64,000 nt of DNA from an uncultured Actinomycetes bacterium (GCA_963742735.1 CAVUMN010000004.1:1344001-1408000), one strand, 5' to 3'. Positions 12,850 through 24,443 are shown, counted from the first letter of the stretch. The notes: a model not told the origin generated them from the letters alone. A program made the numbers and translations.

Positions 12850-13544
12850 GAAGGCTTCACCCCCACATACAGGCCACGTCCCATGAGTCCGTCGGGGTGG
12901 TGACGGACCTCGAGTCCGGCGCGCTCCATCGCGTCGACGTACTGCTCGGGGGTGAACAGGCCCAACTCGTGACGCTCGGTAAACCGCTCGACGGACTCGG
13001 GCGTCCCGACCAGATAGTGGAATTCCAGCACGCACTCGCCGCGCGGGCCTGCGTTGTTCACCCGTGCGATCTTCAGGTCGGGTTGGTCGACGAACGTTGC
13101 GTACACGCCGTCGTACAGGTAGTCGTCGAGGTAGATCCAAGGTTCCACGATCACCACGCCACCGGCCGAGGCGTGGCGGACGAGGTTCGCGGCGGCCGCG
13201 TTCAGCTGATCGGTTGTGCGCATGTAGCCGATCGAGGAGAAGAGGCACGTCACCGCGTCGAACGTGCGTCCGAGGTCGAAGTCGAGCATGTCCCCCGCAT
13301 GCAGTGGCACGCCCGGGAGGCGTTCGGAGGCGATGGTAAGCAACTCCGTGTCGAGGTCGACGCCGGCCGTCTCGTAGCGGCCTTTGAGGTGTTCGAGGTG
13401 CTTGCCGGTCCCGCAGGCGACGTCAAGCAGTGTGACTGCTCCCGGGTTTGCCTCCTGTATCAGCGCGTGCACCCGTTCCGCCTCGGCGGCGTAGTCCTTA
13501 CTCCCGTAGATCGCGTCGTAGAAGCGCGCGGACTTCGTGAACAT
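12846..13544 (-). CDS. Class I SAM-dependent methyltransferase (TylM1/DesVI-like)
   Basis: YDAIY..KDY, LLDVACGTG.H, FDAVTCLFSSIGY and EPW motifs. Confidence 0.85.
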   Translation of the reverse strand: MFTKSARFYDAIYGSKDYAAEAERVHALIQEANPGAVTLLDVACGTGKHLEHLKGRYETAGVDLDTELLTIASERLPGVPLHAGDMLDFDLGRTFDAVTCLFSSIGYMRTTDQLNAAAANLVRHASAGGVVIVEPWIYLDDYLYDGVYATFVDQPDLKIARVNNAGPRGECVLEFHYLVGTPESVERFTERHELGLFTPEQYVDAMERAGLEVRHHPDGLMGRGLYVGVKPS

Positions 13545-13569
13545 GACCGCATCCTAGAATCGAGAGGCG

Positions 13570-14424
13570 ATGGGCGACGTGCGGGAGGTGCCGGCCGAGG
13601 CGATCGCCGGCGCCGTCCGCGAGCTGTGCATGGAGATCTGCTACACGGTTCCCGAGGAGATGGTCGAGCTCATGCGCCGCGCCCGGGAGCGCGAGGAGTC
13701 CCCGCTGGGGCGGCAGATCCTCGACCAACTCCTGGAGAACCAGTCGGTCGCCGCGGAGGGCGAGTTCCCGTACTGCCAGGACACCGGGTACACGGTGGTC
13801 TTCCTCGACCTCGGGCAGGACGTCCACGTCACCGGCGGCGACCTGTACGAGGCGATCGACGGGGGTGTGGCCGAGGGGTATCGCGACGGATACCTCCGCG
13901 GCTCGATCGTTCGCGACCCCCTGTTCGAGCGGCGCAACACCGGCGACAACACGCCGGCGTTCGTCCACACCCGGATCGTCCCCGGCGACGGGGTCCGCAT
14001 CCAGGTCGACGCGAAGGGCGCGGGCTCGGAGAACATGGGCCGCCACGCGATGCTCAAGCCGAGTGACGGTCTGGAGGGCGTCGTGGCGTTCGTGCTGCAG
14101 GCGGTCCGGGATGCCGGGCCGAACGCGTGCCCGCCGGGGATCATCGGGGTCGGCATCGGCGGGAACTTCGAGACGAGCGCCGTCATCGCGAAGCGCTCGC
14201 TGATGCGCAAGGTCGGACAGCCCAACCCCGACCCTCGGATCGCCGAGCTGGAGGCGCGGCTGTACGAGCAGTGCAACGCGCTCGGCCTCGGCCCCGAGGC
14301 GCTGGGCGGCACGCAGACGGTCCTCGCCGTGCACGTCGAGACCGCGCCGACCCACATCGCCTCGCTCCCGGTGGCCGTGAACATCGAATGCCACGCACAC
14401 CGCACCGGCGTGCGGGTCATCTGA
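13570..14424 (+). CDS. Fe-S fumarate hydratase / tartrate dehydratase alpha subunit
   Basis: CQDTG, NTGDNTP, KGAGSEN, CPP..IGVGIGG and C-terminal CHAHR motifs. Confidence 0.9.
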   Translation: MGDVREVPAEAIAGAVRELCMEICYTVPEEMVELMRRAREREESPLGRQILDQLLENQSVAAEGEFPYCQDTGYTVVFLDLGQDVHVTGGDLYEAIDGGVAEGYRDGYLRGSIVRDPLFERRNTGDNTPAFVHTRIVPGDGVRIQVDAKGAGSENMGRHAMLKPSDGLEGVVAFVLQAVRDAGPNACPPGIIGVGIGGNFETSAVIAKRSLMRKVGQPNPDPRIAELEARLYEQCNALGLGPEALGGTQTVLAVHVETAPTHIASLPVAVNIECHAHRTGVRVI

Positions 14425-15038
14425 TGCCGGTCGACCGCCTCGAGGACGGCCGGGTCCGCGTGCAGGCGCCGTTGTCCGACCAGGACGTGCGAGAGCTCCA
14501 CGCCGGTGACGTCGCGCTGCTCTCCGGCGTGGTGTACGCGGCGCGGGACGCGGCCCACAAGCGGATGCTCGAGGACCTCGAGGCCGGCCGCGGGCTGCCG
14601 TTCGATCCGGCGGGACAGATCCTCTATTACGTCGGCCCCACCCCGGAGCGCCCGGGCAACGTCATCGGCTCGGCCGGCCCCACGACGGCCTCGCGGATGG
14701 ATCGCTACACCCCGGCGTTGCTCGACCACGGCCTGAAGGCGATCGTCGGCAAGGGCGGGCGCGGGCCGGCGGTGGCCGAGTCGCTCCGTACGCACGTGGC
14801 GGTCTACCTGGCCGCGCTGGGCGGCGGCGGGGCACTCGCCGCGCGGCGCGTCGTCGGCCAGCGGGTGATCGCCTACGAAGACCTGGCGACGGAGTCGATC
14901 CGGGAGATCGAGCTCGACGATCTGCCCGCCTGGGTCGTGAACGACGCGGATGGGGGAGACTTCTACGCGCACGCGGCCCGGCCGTGGCGCCGCGACGACC
15001 TGCTGCCCGAAGCGCTCCGCCTCCCGGAAGGGGACTGA
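14424..15038 (+). CDS. Fe-S fumarate hydratase beta subunit
   Basis: ARDAAHKR, YYVGP, GPTTASRM and GKG motifs. TGATG coupling to the alpha subunit. Confidence 0.9.
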   Translation: MPVDRLEDGRVRVQAPLSDQDVRELHAGDVALLSGVVYAARDAAHKRMLEDLEAGRGLPFDPAGQILYYVGPTPERPGNVIGSAGPTTASRMDRYTPALLDHGLKAIVGKGGRGPAVAESLRTHVAVYLAALGGGGALAARRVVGQRVIAYEDLATESIREIELDDLPAWVVNDADGGDFYAHAARPWRRDDLLPEALRLPEGD

Positions 15039-15274
15039 TGGCCCGAAAGAAGCGCCGCGACGACGACCACGAGCACCACGACCACGAGCGCCACGATCAC
15101 CAGCACGACCACGAGAAGCGCGATCGCGGCTCCTACGGCGCGTACATCACCAACTGGAACGAGTACGCCGCGCCCACCGGAAAGAAGCTGGCCCTCGCGG
15201 CCCGGAACCTGTTCATCAGCCGCTGGCACCATCGGCTGCTCTGTTGCGGGCATCCGGGCCAACCCGGCTGTTGA
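15038..15274 (+). CDS. Small His-rich protein with C-terminal CCGHPGQPGC (may extend to 15322 by UGA readthrough)
   Basis: ATG 15038 is coupled to the fumarase beta stop. Sequence MARKKRRDDDHEHHDHERHDHQHDHEK...CCGHPGQPGC. Confidence 0.75.
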   Translation: MARKKRRDDDHEHHDHERHDHQHDHEKRDRGSYGAYITNWNEYAAPTGKKLALAARNLFISRWHHRLLCCGHPGQPGC

Positions 15275-15318
15275 CAGACGGTCGTTGAGGAGCCCGGTCG
15301 GGCTCCGGAGGAAGACGA

Positions 15319-16383
15319 CTAGCTTCGAAGGCGGCGCGCCAGGTCCTCGGCGACATCCATGGTTCCCGCCGTCCCACCCATGTCCCGGGTGAGAACCGAA
15401 CCCGCCTCCAGGAGGTCGCGGACGGCACGCTCGATGCGCGCCGCGGCCGTGGGCTGGCGGAGGTGACTCAGCATCATCGCCGCCGACAGGATCATCGCGA
15501 TCGGGTTTGCCACGCCCTTCCCCGCGATGTCCGGCGCGCTCCCGTGGACCGGCTCGAACACCGCGTACTCCCACCCGAGGTTGGCGCCTGAGGCCAGTCC
15601 CAGCCCGCCGACCAGGCCCGCGCACAGGTCGCTGATGATGTCGCCGTACAGGTTCGGCAGGAGCAGCACGTCCATCTCTTCCGGCTGCCAGGCGAGGCGC
15701 ATGGCGAGCTCGTCCACCTGCAGCTCCTCGAAGCTGACCTCCGGGTGGAACACCGCCTCGCCGGCCGACGCGAACAAGAACACGCCGTCGGAGAACTTCA
15801 TGATGTTGGCCTTGTGTCCGACGGTGATCCTGGCGCGGCCGTGCCGGCGCACGTAGTCGAACGCGAACCGAACGATCCGCCGCGTCCCGCTCACCGAGAT
15901 CGGCTTGATCGTCACCCCGACGTCCTCCGCGAGCTCGTAGTCCGTGAGCTCGCGGATCTTCTCGCGCAGCCGCTGCATCGATTCGCTGCCCATCTCGAAC
16001 TCGATCCCGGCATAGAGGTCCTCGGTGTTCTCGCGGATGACGACGATGTCCACGTGCGGATGGCGCGTCTCGAGGCCGGGCCAGGTGACCGAGGGCCGGA
16101 CCGCCGCGAACAGATCGAGCTCCTGGCGCAGGGCCACGTTCACGCTTCGGAACCCCGTCCCCACCGGCGTGGTGATCGGCCCCTTGAGCGCGGTGCGCGA
16201 CGCGCGGATGGAGTCCAGGACCCGCTCGGGCAGCGGCGTGCCCTCGGCCTCCATGACCTCGGCGCCGGCGCGCTGCACGTCCCAGTCGAACTCGACGCCG
16301 GTCGCCTCGAGCACGCGCCGAGTCGCCTCGCTGACCTCGGGGCCGATCCCGTCGCCGGGGATGAGGGTTACGCGATGGGCCAC
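15319..16383 (-). CDS. Second isocitrate/isopropylmalate dehydrogenase (probably NAD-type)
   Basis: Same core motifs as 1775..2857 but with HGSAPDIAG. Start GTG 16383, directly after sdhB. Confidence 0.87.
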   Translation of the reverse strand: MAHRVTLIPGDGIGPEVSEATRRVLEATGVEFDWDVQRAGAEVMEAEGTPLPERVLDSIRASRTALKGPITTPVGTGFRSVNVALRQELDLFAAVRPSVTWPGLETRHPHVDIVVIRENTEDLYAGIEFEMGSESMQRLREKIRELTDYELAEDVGVTIKPISVSGTRRIVRFAFDYVRRHGRARITVGHKANIMKFSDGVFLFASAGEAVFHPEVSFEELQVDELAMRLAWQPEEMDVLLLPNLYGDIISDLCAGLVGGLGLASGANLGWEYAVFEPVHGSAPDIAGKGVANPIAMILSAAMMLSHLRQPTAAARIERAVRDLLEAGSVLTRDMGGTAGTMDVAEDLARRLRS

Positions 16384-16387
16384 GCGC

Positions 16388-17179
16388 TCAGAGGTCGAAC
16401 ATGACCGAGCGCTTGACCTCCTGGATGGCCTTCGTGACCTTGATGCCGCGCGGGCAGGCCTCGGTGCAGTTGAACGTGGTCCGGCACCGGAAGACACCGG
16501 ACTTCTTGCCGAGGATCGCCAGGCGCTCCTTCGCGCCGCGGTCCCGCGAGTCGTAGATGAACCGGTGGGCGTTCACGATCGCCGCCGGCCCGATGTACTG
16601 CCCGTCGCCCCAGAAGATCGGGCACGACGTGGTGCAGGCCGCACACAGGATGCACTTCGTGGTGTCCTCGAATCGCTCGCGCTCATGCGGCGACTGGAGG
16701 CGTTCGCGTCCGTCCGGGGCTGGCTCGTCGTTGATCAGGAACGGGAGCACGGCCTTGTAGCCGTCGAAGAACGGCTCCATGTCGACGATGAGGTCCTTCA
16801 GCACGGGGAGCCCCCGGATCGGCTCGATCGTCACCTTCGGCGCCACGTCCTTGACCAGGACCTTGCACGCCAGCGCGTTCTTGCCGTTGATGAGCATGGC
16901 GTCGGACCCACAGATCCCGTGGGCGCACGAGCGGCGCAGGGCCAGCGTGCCGTCGAAGTGCCACTTCACCTCGTGAAGCGCGTCGAGCAGGCGGTCGAGG
17001 GGGTCCACCTCGACGACGTGCTCGCTCCACCACGGATCGGGCTGGACCTCGGGGTTGAAGCGCTTGATCTTGACCAGCAGCTCGATCTTGTCGTGCGCGC
17101 TCGTCGCGGCGAGGGGCTGCTCGCCCGCGGGTTCGCGCGGCGCGCCCTCGCGGACCTGGACCTGCGGATCCTCGGCCAT
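16388..17179 (-). CDS. sdhB: Succinate dehydrogenase iron-sulfur subunit
   Basis: RRSCAHGICGSD, CILCAACTTSCP and CRTTFNCTEACP motifs. Confidence 0.95.
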   Translation of the reverse strand: MAEDPQVQVREGAPREPAGEQPLAATSAHDKIELLVKIKRFNPEVQPDPWWSEHVVEVDPLDRLLDALHEVKWHFDGTLALRRSCAHGICGSDAMLINGKNALACKVLVKDVAPKVTIEPIRGLPVLKDLIVDMEPFFDGYKAVLPFLINDEPAPDGRERLQSPHERERFEDTTKCILCAACTTSCPIFWGDGQYIGPAAIVNAHRFIYDSRDRGAKERLAILGKKSGVFRCRTTFNCTEACPRGIKVTKAIQEVKRSVMFDL

Positions 17180-18918
17180 CAGTATTTCCGTTCCATCGGG
17201 ATGTAGGGGCCCATCTTCACCGGCTTGTACTCCAGCCGCACCGAGCCGTCCTCCTCGCGGTACGCCAGCGAGTGCTTGAGCCAGTTCGCGTCGTCGCGCA
17301 GCGGGTGGTCCTCGCGGTAGTGGCCGCCCCGGCTCTCGTCGCGAGCGAGCGCGGCGGCGACCAGGGTGTCGGCGCAGTCGAGCAGGAACCCGAGCTCCAC
17401 CGTCTCCATCACGTCGGTGTTGTACACGCGGCCCTTGTCCATGACCACGACGCGGTCGTAGCGCTCGCGGAGGCCCTTCAGGATGCCCTGCATCTTGCGC
17501 AGGCCCTCCTCGGTGCGGACCACGCCGGCGAGGTCGAACATCTCCTCCTGCAGCTCGGCCCGGATGTCGGCGGCGTTCGCGGTGCCCGTGTCGTACAGCA
17601 GCCGGTGCAGCTGATCGGCCACCGGCTTCTCGGGCTCCGGGCCGGTGTCCGCCAGGCTGGCCGATGCCGCGTACTCCGCCATGTGCGACCCGCCGCGGCG
17701 GCCGAACACCAGGATGTCCAGCAGCGAGTTGGTCCCCAGGCGGTTCGCGCCGTGGACGCTGACACACGCGCACTCTCCGGCCGCGTAGAGCCCCGGGACC
17801 GGGGTCTCCTCGGGACCGACGACGACCTGGCCGTCGACGTTCGTGGGGATGCCCCCCATGGCGTAGTGGGCGGTGGGCTGGATGGGAACCGGCTCGGTGA
17901 GCGGCTCGACGCCCAGGTAGATCCGGGCGAACTCGGTCACGTCCGGGATCTTCGTCTCGATCACCTCGGGGTCCAGGTGGCGGACGTCCAGGAAGACGTA
18001 GTCCTTCCCCTCGATCCCGCGGCCCTCCTTGATCTCCTGGTAGATCGCCCGGGAGACCATGTCTCGCGGCGCGAGGTCCTTGATCGTCGGCGCGTAGCGC
18101 TCCATGAACCGCTCGCCCTCCGAGTTGATCAGGATCCCTCCCTCGCCCCGGACGGCCTCGGAGATCAGGATCCCCATCTTGTAGATGCCCGTGGGGTGAA
18201 TCTGGAACATCTCCATGTCCTCGAGGGGGATGCCGCGCCGGTAGGCGACCGCGGGGCCGTCGCCGGTCAGGGCGTGGGCGTTCGAGGAGACCTTGAAGAT
18301 CCGCCCGAACCCGCCCGTGGCGAACAGCGCCGCCTTCGACCGGAACACATGGAGCTCGCCGTTCGCCAGCTCGTACGCGACGACGCCCGCGTGCCGGCCG
18401 TCTTCGTCGCGGAGCAGGTCCAGCACGTAGAACTCGTTGAAGAACCGGACGTTCCGCTTGATGCACTGCTGGTACAGCGTCTGCAGGATCATGTGGCCGG
18501 TGCGGTCCGCCGAGTAGCAGGCGCGCCGGACGGGGGCCTCGCCGTGGTTGCGGGTGTGCCCCCCGAACCGACGCTGGTCGATCCGCCCGTCGGGGGTGCG
18601 GTTGAACGGCAGCCCCCAGCGCTCGAGCTCGATCACCGCGTCGACGGCCTCGCGGCACATGATCTCGGCGGCGGGCTGGTCCACCAGGTAGTCGCCGCCC
18701 TTCACGGTGTCGAACGTGTGCCACTCGGGGTTGTCCTCCTCGACGTTGCCGAGGGCCGCGCACATGCCCCCCTGCGCCGCTCCGGTGTGCGAGCGGGTCG
18801 GGTAGAGCTTCGAGATCACCGCGACGTCGAGCCCCGCGTCGGCCGCCTCGATCGCGGCGCGCAGGCCGGCTCCGCCGGCGCCCACGATCAGCGCGTCGTA
18901 CGAGTGGGTGCTCGTCAT
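17179..18918 (-). CDS. sdhA: Succinate dehydrogenase flavoprotein
   Basis: GAGGAG, RSHTGAAQGG, HPTG, HYAMGG and HGANRLGTNSL motifs. Confidence 0.96.
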   Translation of the reverse strand: MTSTHSYDALIVGAGGAGLRAAIEAADAGLDVAVISKLYPTRSHTGAAQGGMCAALGNVEEDNPEWHTFDTVKGGDYLVDQPAAEIMCREAVDAVIELERWGLPFNRTPDGRIDQRRFGGHTRNHGEAPVRRACYSADRTGHMILQTLYQQCIKRNVRFFNEFYVLDLLRDEDGRHAGVVAYELANGELHVFRSKAALFATGGFGRIFKVSSNAHALTGDGPAVAYRRGIPLEDMEMFQIHPTGIYKMGILISEAVRGEGGILINSEGERFMERYAPTIKDLAPRDMVSRAIYQEIKEGRGIEGKDYVFLDVRHLDPEVIETKIPDVTEFARIYLGVEPLTEPVPIQPTAHYAMGGIPTNVDGQVVVGPEETPVPGLYAAGECACVSVHGANRLGTNSLLDILVFGRRGGSHMAEYAASASLADTGPEPEKPVADQLHRLLYDTGTANAADIRAELQEEMFDLAGVVRTEEGLRKMQGILKGLRERYDRVVVMDKGRVYNTDVMETVELGFLLDCADTLVAAALARDESRGGHYREDHPLRDDANWLKHSLAYREEDGSVRLEYKPVKMGPYIPMERKY

Positions 18919-18928
18919 GTCGGCGAGC

Positions 18929-19378
18929 TCAGCAGCCGGCCCCAGGCCACTTCGAGCAGTCGAAGCTCACGACGACGTAGGTTCCGATCCCGAACAGGAT
19001 CACGCCGAGGATGTTGAAGAACCAGGTGATGCTCGCCCGGACGCCCGGCCGGCGGACGTAGTCGAGGATGATCACGCGCAGCCCGTTGACCCCGTGGACC
19101 AGCGCGAGCGAAAGCATCAGCCAGTCCCACGTCTTCCAGAACACGCTGTTCCATCGAAGGGCCACGAACCCGAAGTCCACGCGGTCCACGCCCTCCTCGA
19201 GCACGTGCATGATCAGCACGTGTCCGACGGCCAGGACCAGCAGGACCAGCCCGGACAGACGCATGAAGAGCCACCACCAGAACTCGGCGCCGCGGCCGGG
19301 CGGACGCTGTCGCCCGATCTTCGGGGAGCCGGGTTCGGGCGCCCGCGGCTCGGACGGCGGCGCTTCCTGGACCGCCAT
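18929..19378 (-). CDS. sdhD: Succinate dehydrogenase hydrophobic anchor subunit
   Basis: WLFMRLSG, H..IMH, HG.NGLR..I.DY motifs, three TM helices, and operon position. Confidence 0.88.
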   Translation of the reverse strand: MAVQEAPPSEPRAPEPGSPKIGRQRPPGRGAEFWWWLFMRLSGLVLLVLAVGHVLIMHVLEEGVDRVDFGFVALRWNSVFWKTWDWLMLSLALVHGVNGLRVIILDYVRRPGVRASITWFFNILGVILFGIGTYVVVSFDCSKWPGAGC

Positions 19379-19842
19379 CAGAACCACGCCTCCAGGACGG
19401 GCTTCCCGATGATGTAGGTGATCGGGATCATCGACCCGATGAACAGGACCATCTCGCCCCAGAAGAGCGCCGCGTTGTTGTCGGTCAGCTTCGGGAAGAA
19501 GTCGATCAGCATGATCCGGGTGCCGTTGAGCGCGTGGTACATGACCATGGCCACCAGCCCCAGCTCCAGCAGCCGGATGAAGGGGTTGTGGTAGACGGCG
19601 ACGACCTTGTTGTAGGCCTCCGGACCCCACCCGACGAGCGCCGTGTCCAGGATGTGGGCGAAGAGGAACAGGATGATGCCGACGCCGCTCACGCGATGGA
19701 AGAGCCAGGACCACTGGCCCTCGCGGCCCCGGTACGGCCATCCAAACTGGCGGACCTTCTTGCGGATGCGGGGATTCGAGGAGACGACCTCCTGGGCCTT
19801 CTCCCGGGCCCGCACCACCGGGTTCCTCGAGCGTCCCGCCAC
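19378..19842 (-). CDS. sdhC: Succinate dehydrogenase cytochrome b556 subunit
   Basis: YRGREGQWSWLFHRVSG, HILDT and HALNG.R motifs. GTG 19842 follows GGAGG. Confidence 0.9.
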   Translation of the reverse strand: MAGRSRNPVVRAREKAQEVVSSNPRIRKKVRQFGWPYRGREGQWSWLFHRVSGVGIILFLFAHILDTALVGWGPEAYNKVVAVYHNPFIRLLELGLVAMVMYHALNGTRIMLIDFFPKLTDNNAALFWGEMVLFIGSMIPITYIIGKPVLEAWF

Positions 19843-19911
19843 GCGGTTTCCTCCCAACGGAGCGTATCGCGTCCGCGAGAAAGAGCCCTCGCGGGCAAAC
19901 CGCGCGGGAGT

Positions 19912-21288
19912 CTACTCTCTGAGCGCTGCGAGCCGGTTCGCCAGCTCGGCCTGCAGCTCGGCCACCGACGGGCGGCCCGCGAGGTTCGTCAGCTGGAAGG
20001 GGTCGGCGGCCAGGTCGTAGAGCTCGACGCCCCCGTCCTCGTACTCGACGTAGGTGTGGCGCTCGGTCCGGACGGCGGTGAAGCCGGGCGGCAGGAATCC
20101 GTCGTGGAAGTGCCCGAGGTACTCGATGAGGACCTCCTGCCGCCACTGTGTCGGAGCGCCGCGCAGGATCGGGACCAGGCTCCGGCCATCGGGCGGCAGG
20201 CCGGGCGCCACGCCGGCCAGGTCGAGCAGCGTGGTCGGGAGGTCGACGTTGCTCACGAGGCGGTCGTCCACGAGGCCCCCCTCGCCGCCGGGGATCCGGA
20301 TCACCAGCGGCACGCGGATCGACTCCTCGTACGGCCACACCTTCCCGAGGAGGCGGTGCTCGCCCCACAGGTAGCCGTTGTCCGAGGTGAACACGATCGC
20401 CGTGTCCTCGAGCTCGCCGGCGGCCTCGAGGGCGTCGACCAGCCGGCGCACGGCCCGGTCCACGGCGAGGAGCGTCTCGAGCGCGGTACGCCGGAGCCGG
20501 TCGGACTCGGCCGTCTCCTCCGCGGTGAGTGCCGGATGGTCCCGGGCCCACGGCTTGTCGAGGACGTCCCCCTCGTTGAAGGACGGGGGCCGAACGGGCG
20601 GCACCAGCTCGAACGCCCCCACGTCCTGGGGCGCCGGGATGGAAGGGAAGTGGGGGGCCACCGGCGTCAGGTAAGTGAAGAACGGCCGGTCGTCGTCGCG
20701 TTCGATGAACTCGATCGCCCGGTCGGTGACGACGTCGGTGAAGTAGTCCTCGGGGGCGTCGCCGTAGGTCCGCTCCGTCCCGTTCTCGCTGAGGGTGTAG
20801 CCGTAGAACTCCTCGGCGCCTCCGGCCAGCGCGTGCCAGTCGTCCCAGCCGGGCGGGACGTAGCCCTCCTCCAGCTGCTGGTAGCCGTTCAGGTACTTGC
20901 CCGACAGTGAGGTCCGGTAGCCGGCGTCGCGGAGCCACACGGCGATCGTGTCGGCGTCTCGGAACGACTGCGCGCCGCCGTCGGGCGGGGCTCGGTCGAG
21001 CACCCCGTGATGGCGGGCGTACTGCCCGGTGAGCAGGCTGGCCCGCGACGGGCAGCAGAGCGACGTCGTCGCGAACGCGTTCGAGAACGTCACGCCGTGT
21101 CCGCCGAGCAGCGTGCGCACGTTCGGCATGACGTCGAGCGTGTCCGCCCACTGGTCGTCGGTGACGATCATGACCAGGTTCGGGCCGTCGGCGATGGGGG
21201 GCCGGTCGGGGGGCTCGCCGTCGCACGCCGAGGCGAGCAACGCCAACGCCAGCGCGCCTCGGAGGAGCCTCGCGAACGGCTGGGCCAT
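19912..21288 (-). CDS. Lipoprotein sulfatase (formylglycine type, GlcNAc-6-sulfatase-like)
   Basis: LASAC lipobox plus [22 protein letters not shown] and SDNG..GEH motifs. Confidence 0.9.
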   Translation of the reverse strand: MAQPFARLLRGALALALLASACDGEPPDRPPIADGPNLVMIVTDDQWADTLDVMPNVRTLLGGHGVTFSNAFATTSLCCPSRASLLTGQYARHHGVLDRAPPDGGAQSFRDADTIAVWLRDAGYRTSLSGKYLNGYQQLEEGYVPPGWDDWHALAGGAEEFYGYTLSENGTERTYGDAPEDYFTDVVTDRAIEFIERDDDRPFFTYLTPVAPHFPSIPAPQDVGAFELVPPVRPPSFNEGDVLDKPWARDHPALTAEETAESDRLRRTALETLLAVDRAVRRLVDALEAAGELEDTAIVFTSDNGYLWGEHRLLGKVWPYEESIRVPLVIRIPGGEGGLVDDRLVSNVDLPTTLLDLAGVAPGLPPDGRSLVPILRGAPTQWRQEVLIEYLGHFHDGFLPPGFTAVRTERHTYVEYEDGGVELYDLAADPFQLTNLAGRPSVAELQAELANRLAALRE

Positions 21289-21328
21289 GTGCGTCCGAAG
21301 GATGTCAGATGCGGCTACGCTTGGCCCG

Positions 21329-22908
<1,580 letters not shown>

Positions 22909-22912
<4 letters not shown>

Positions 22913-23589
22913 GGATCGCGATCGTCGGCGGGACGGGAGATCAGGGGTTCGGCCTGGCGCTCCGGCTCGCCACGGCCGGGGAGACGATCGTGATCGGATC
23001 GAGGGACGCGGAGCGCGGAACGCAGGCCGCCGACCGCGCGCGGGAGCGGCTGGGCGGCTCCGGCGCCGTATCGGGAACCTCGAACGAGGAGGCCGTCAAG
23101 GTCGCCGAGGTCGTGTTCCTCACGGTTCCGTTCGCGGGGCAGGCCGAGATCCTCCGCAGCGTCAAGGACCACGTCCCGGAGGGCGTCGTGTTCTGCGACT
23201 GCACGAGCCCGCTGGCCACCGCCGTCGGCGGACGGCCGTGGCAGGTGCTGCGGCCGTGGCACGGCTCGGCGGCCGAGCAGGCCAAGGAGATCCTGCCCAA
23301 GCACGTACGGCTGGTCAGCGCCTTCCACACCGTGGCTGCCGAGGCGCTCGAGGCCGTCGACCGCGAGCTGGACGGCGACGTCCTCATCGCCGGCGCCGAC
23401 GAGGAGGCCAAGGCCACGATCGGGGGGCTGGCCACGAAGATCCCGAACCTCGGGTGGGTGGACGCGGGCGTGCTGTCCGCGGCGCGGTTGCTCGAGCCGC
23501 TCACCGCGATCCTGGTCAACGTGAACCGGCGCTACAAGGTTCGCGACGCGGGCTTCCGGATCACCGGCCTTCCCGGCAAGGACGCGTGA
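22909..23589 (+). CDS. npdG: NADPH-dependent F420 reductase
   Basis: [23 protein letters not shown] and SAFHTV motifs. ATGA overlap with the mutase. Confidence 0.85.
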
Positions 23590-24443
23590 CCGAAGGCCAC
23601 CTGGTCGAGGTCCTCGACACCCGGCTGTACGTCGAGGAGCGCGGCGACGGGTTCCCGTTGATCCTGCTGCACGGCGGTCCAGGCCTGGACCATCACGAGT
23701 TCGGCGACTACCTCGACCCCCTGGCCACCACGTTCCGGCTGATCCTGGTCGACCAGCGCAGCCAGGGCCGGTCGGACCTGGCCCCCGAGCACACGTGGAC
23801 CATCGAGAACATGGCCGAGGACGTCCTGCACCTGGGGTGGGCCCTCGAGCTCGACCGCTACGCCGTCCTCGGCCACTCCTTCGGCGGCTTCGTGGCGATC
23901 CAGAACGCGGTCGACTTCCCGGGGATGGCGTCGGCAACGATCGTCTCGAGCGGGGTGGCCTCCGGGCGCCATCTGGCGGGCGTCGAGCGCAACCTGGCGC
24001 AGTTCGAGCCGGAGGACATGCGAGAGCGGGTCAAGGCGTCCTGGGCGCGTGAGCCCGAGGTGCGCAGCCCCGGCGAGGTCGGAGAGATCGTGAGCGAGCA
24101 GCTCCCGTTCCACTTCGCGGACCCGCTCGACCCACGGATCCCCGAGTACGAGGCGCGGTCCGCCGGTGCGCGGTACTCGCCGGACGTCCTGCGCCGCTTC
24201 GCGGAGTCCTCGTACGGAGGGATCGACGTCGAGGACCGCCTGGTGCACGTGCTCCAGCCCGTCCTGGCCCTGGCCGGCCGCCACGACCGGACCTGTTCCG
24301 TCGCGGGGGCCGAGGCCATCGCGGCCGGCGTGCCGGCCGGCGAGCTGGTCGTGTTCGAACGCAGCGCGCACATGACGTTCGTCGAGGAGACCGAGGCCTA
24401 CCTGGAGGCCGTCCGGTCCTTCCTCACGCCGATCGCGGGCTAG
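23586..24443 (+). CDS. Alpha/beta hydrolase (proline iminopeptidase-like)
   Basis: HGGPG, GHSFGG nucleophile, and D...H triad (GRHD, SAH). Confidence 0.88.
   Translation: MTEGHLVEVLDTRLYVEERGDGFPLILLHGGPGLDHHEFGDYLDPLATTFRLILVDQRSQGRSDLAPEHTWTIENMAEDVLHLGWALELDRYAVLGHSFGGFVAIQNAVDFPGMASATIVSSGVASGRHLAGVERNLAQFEPEDMRERVKASWAREPEVRSPGEVGEIVSEQLPFHFADPLDPRIPEYEARSAGARYSPDVLRRFAESSYGGIDVEDRLVHVLQPVLALAGRHDRTCSVAGAEAIAAGVPAGELVVFERSAHMTFVEETEAYLEAVRSFLTPIAG

Noticed and set aside
18929-18960. SdhD ending GAGC-TGA as a second Sec candidate
   Set aside because: No SECIS-like hairpin is evident, and sdhA starts 10 nt later in a different frame.
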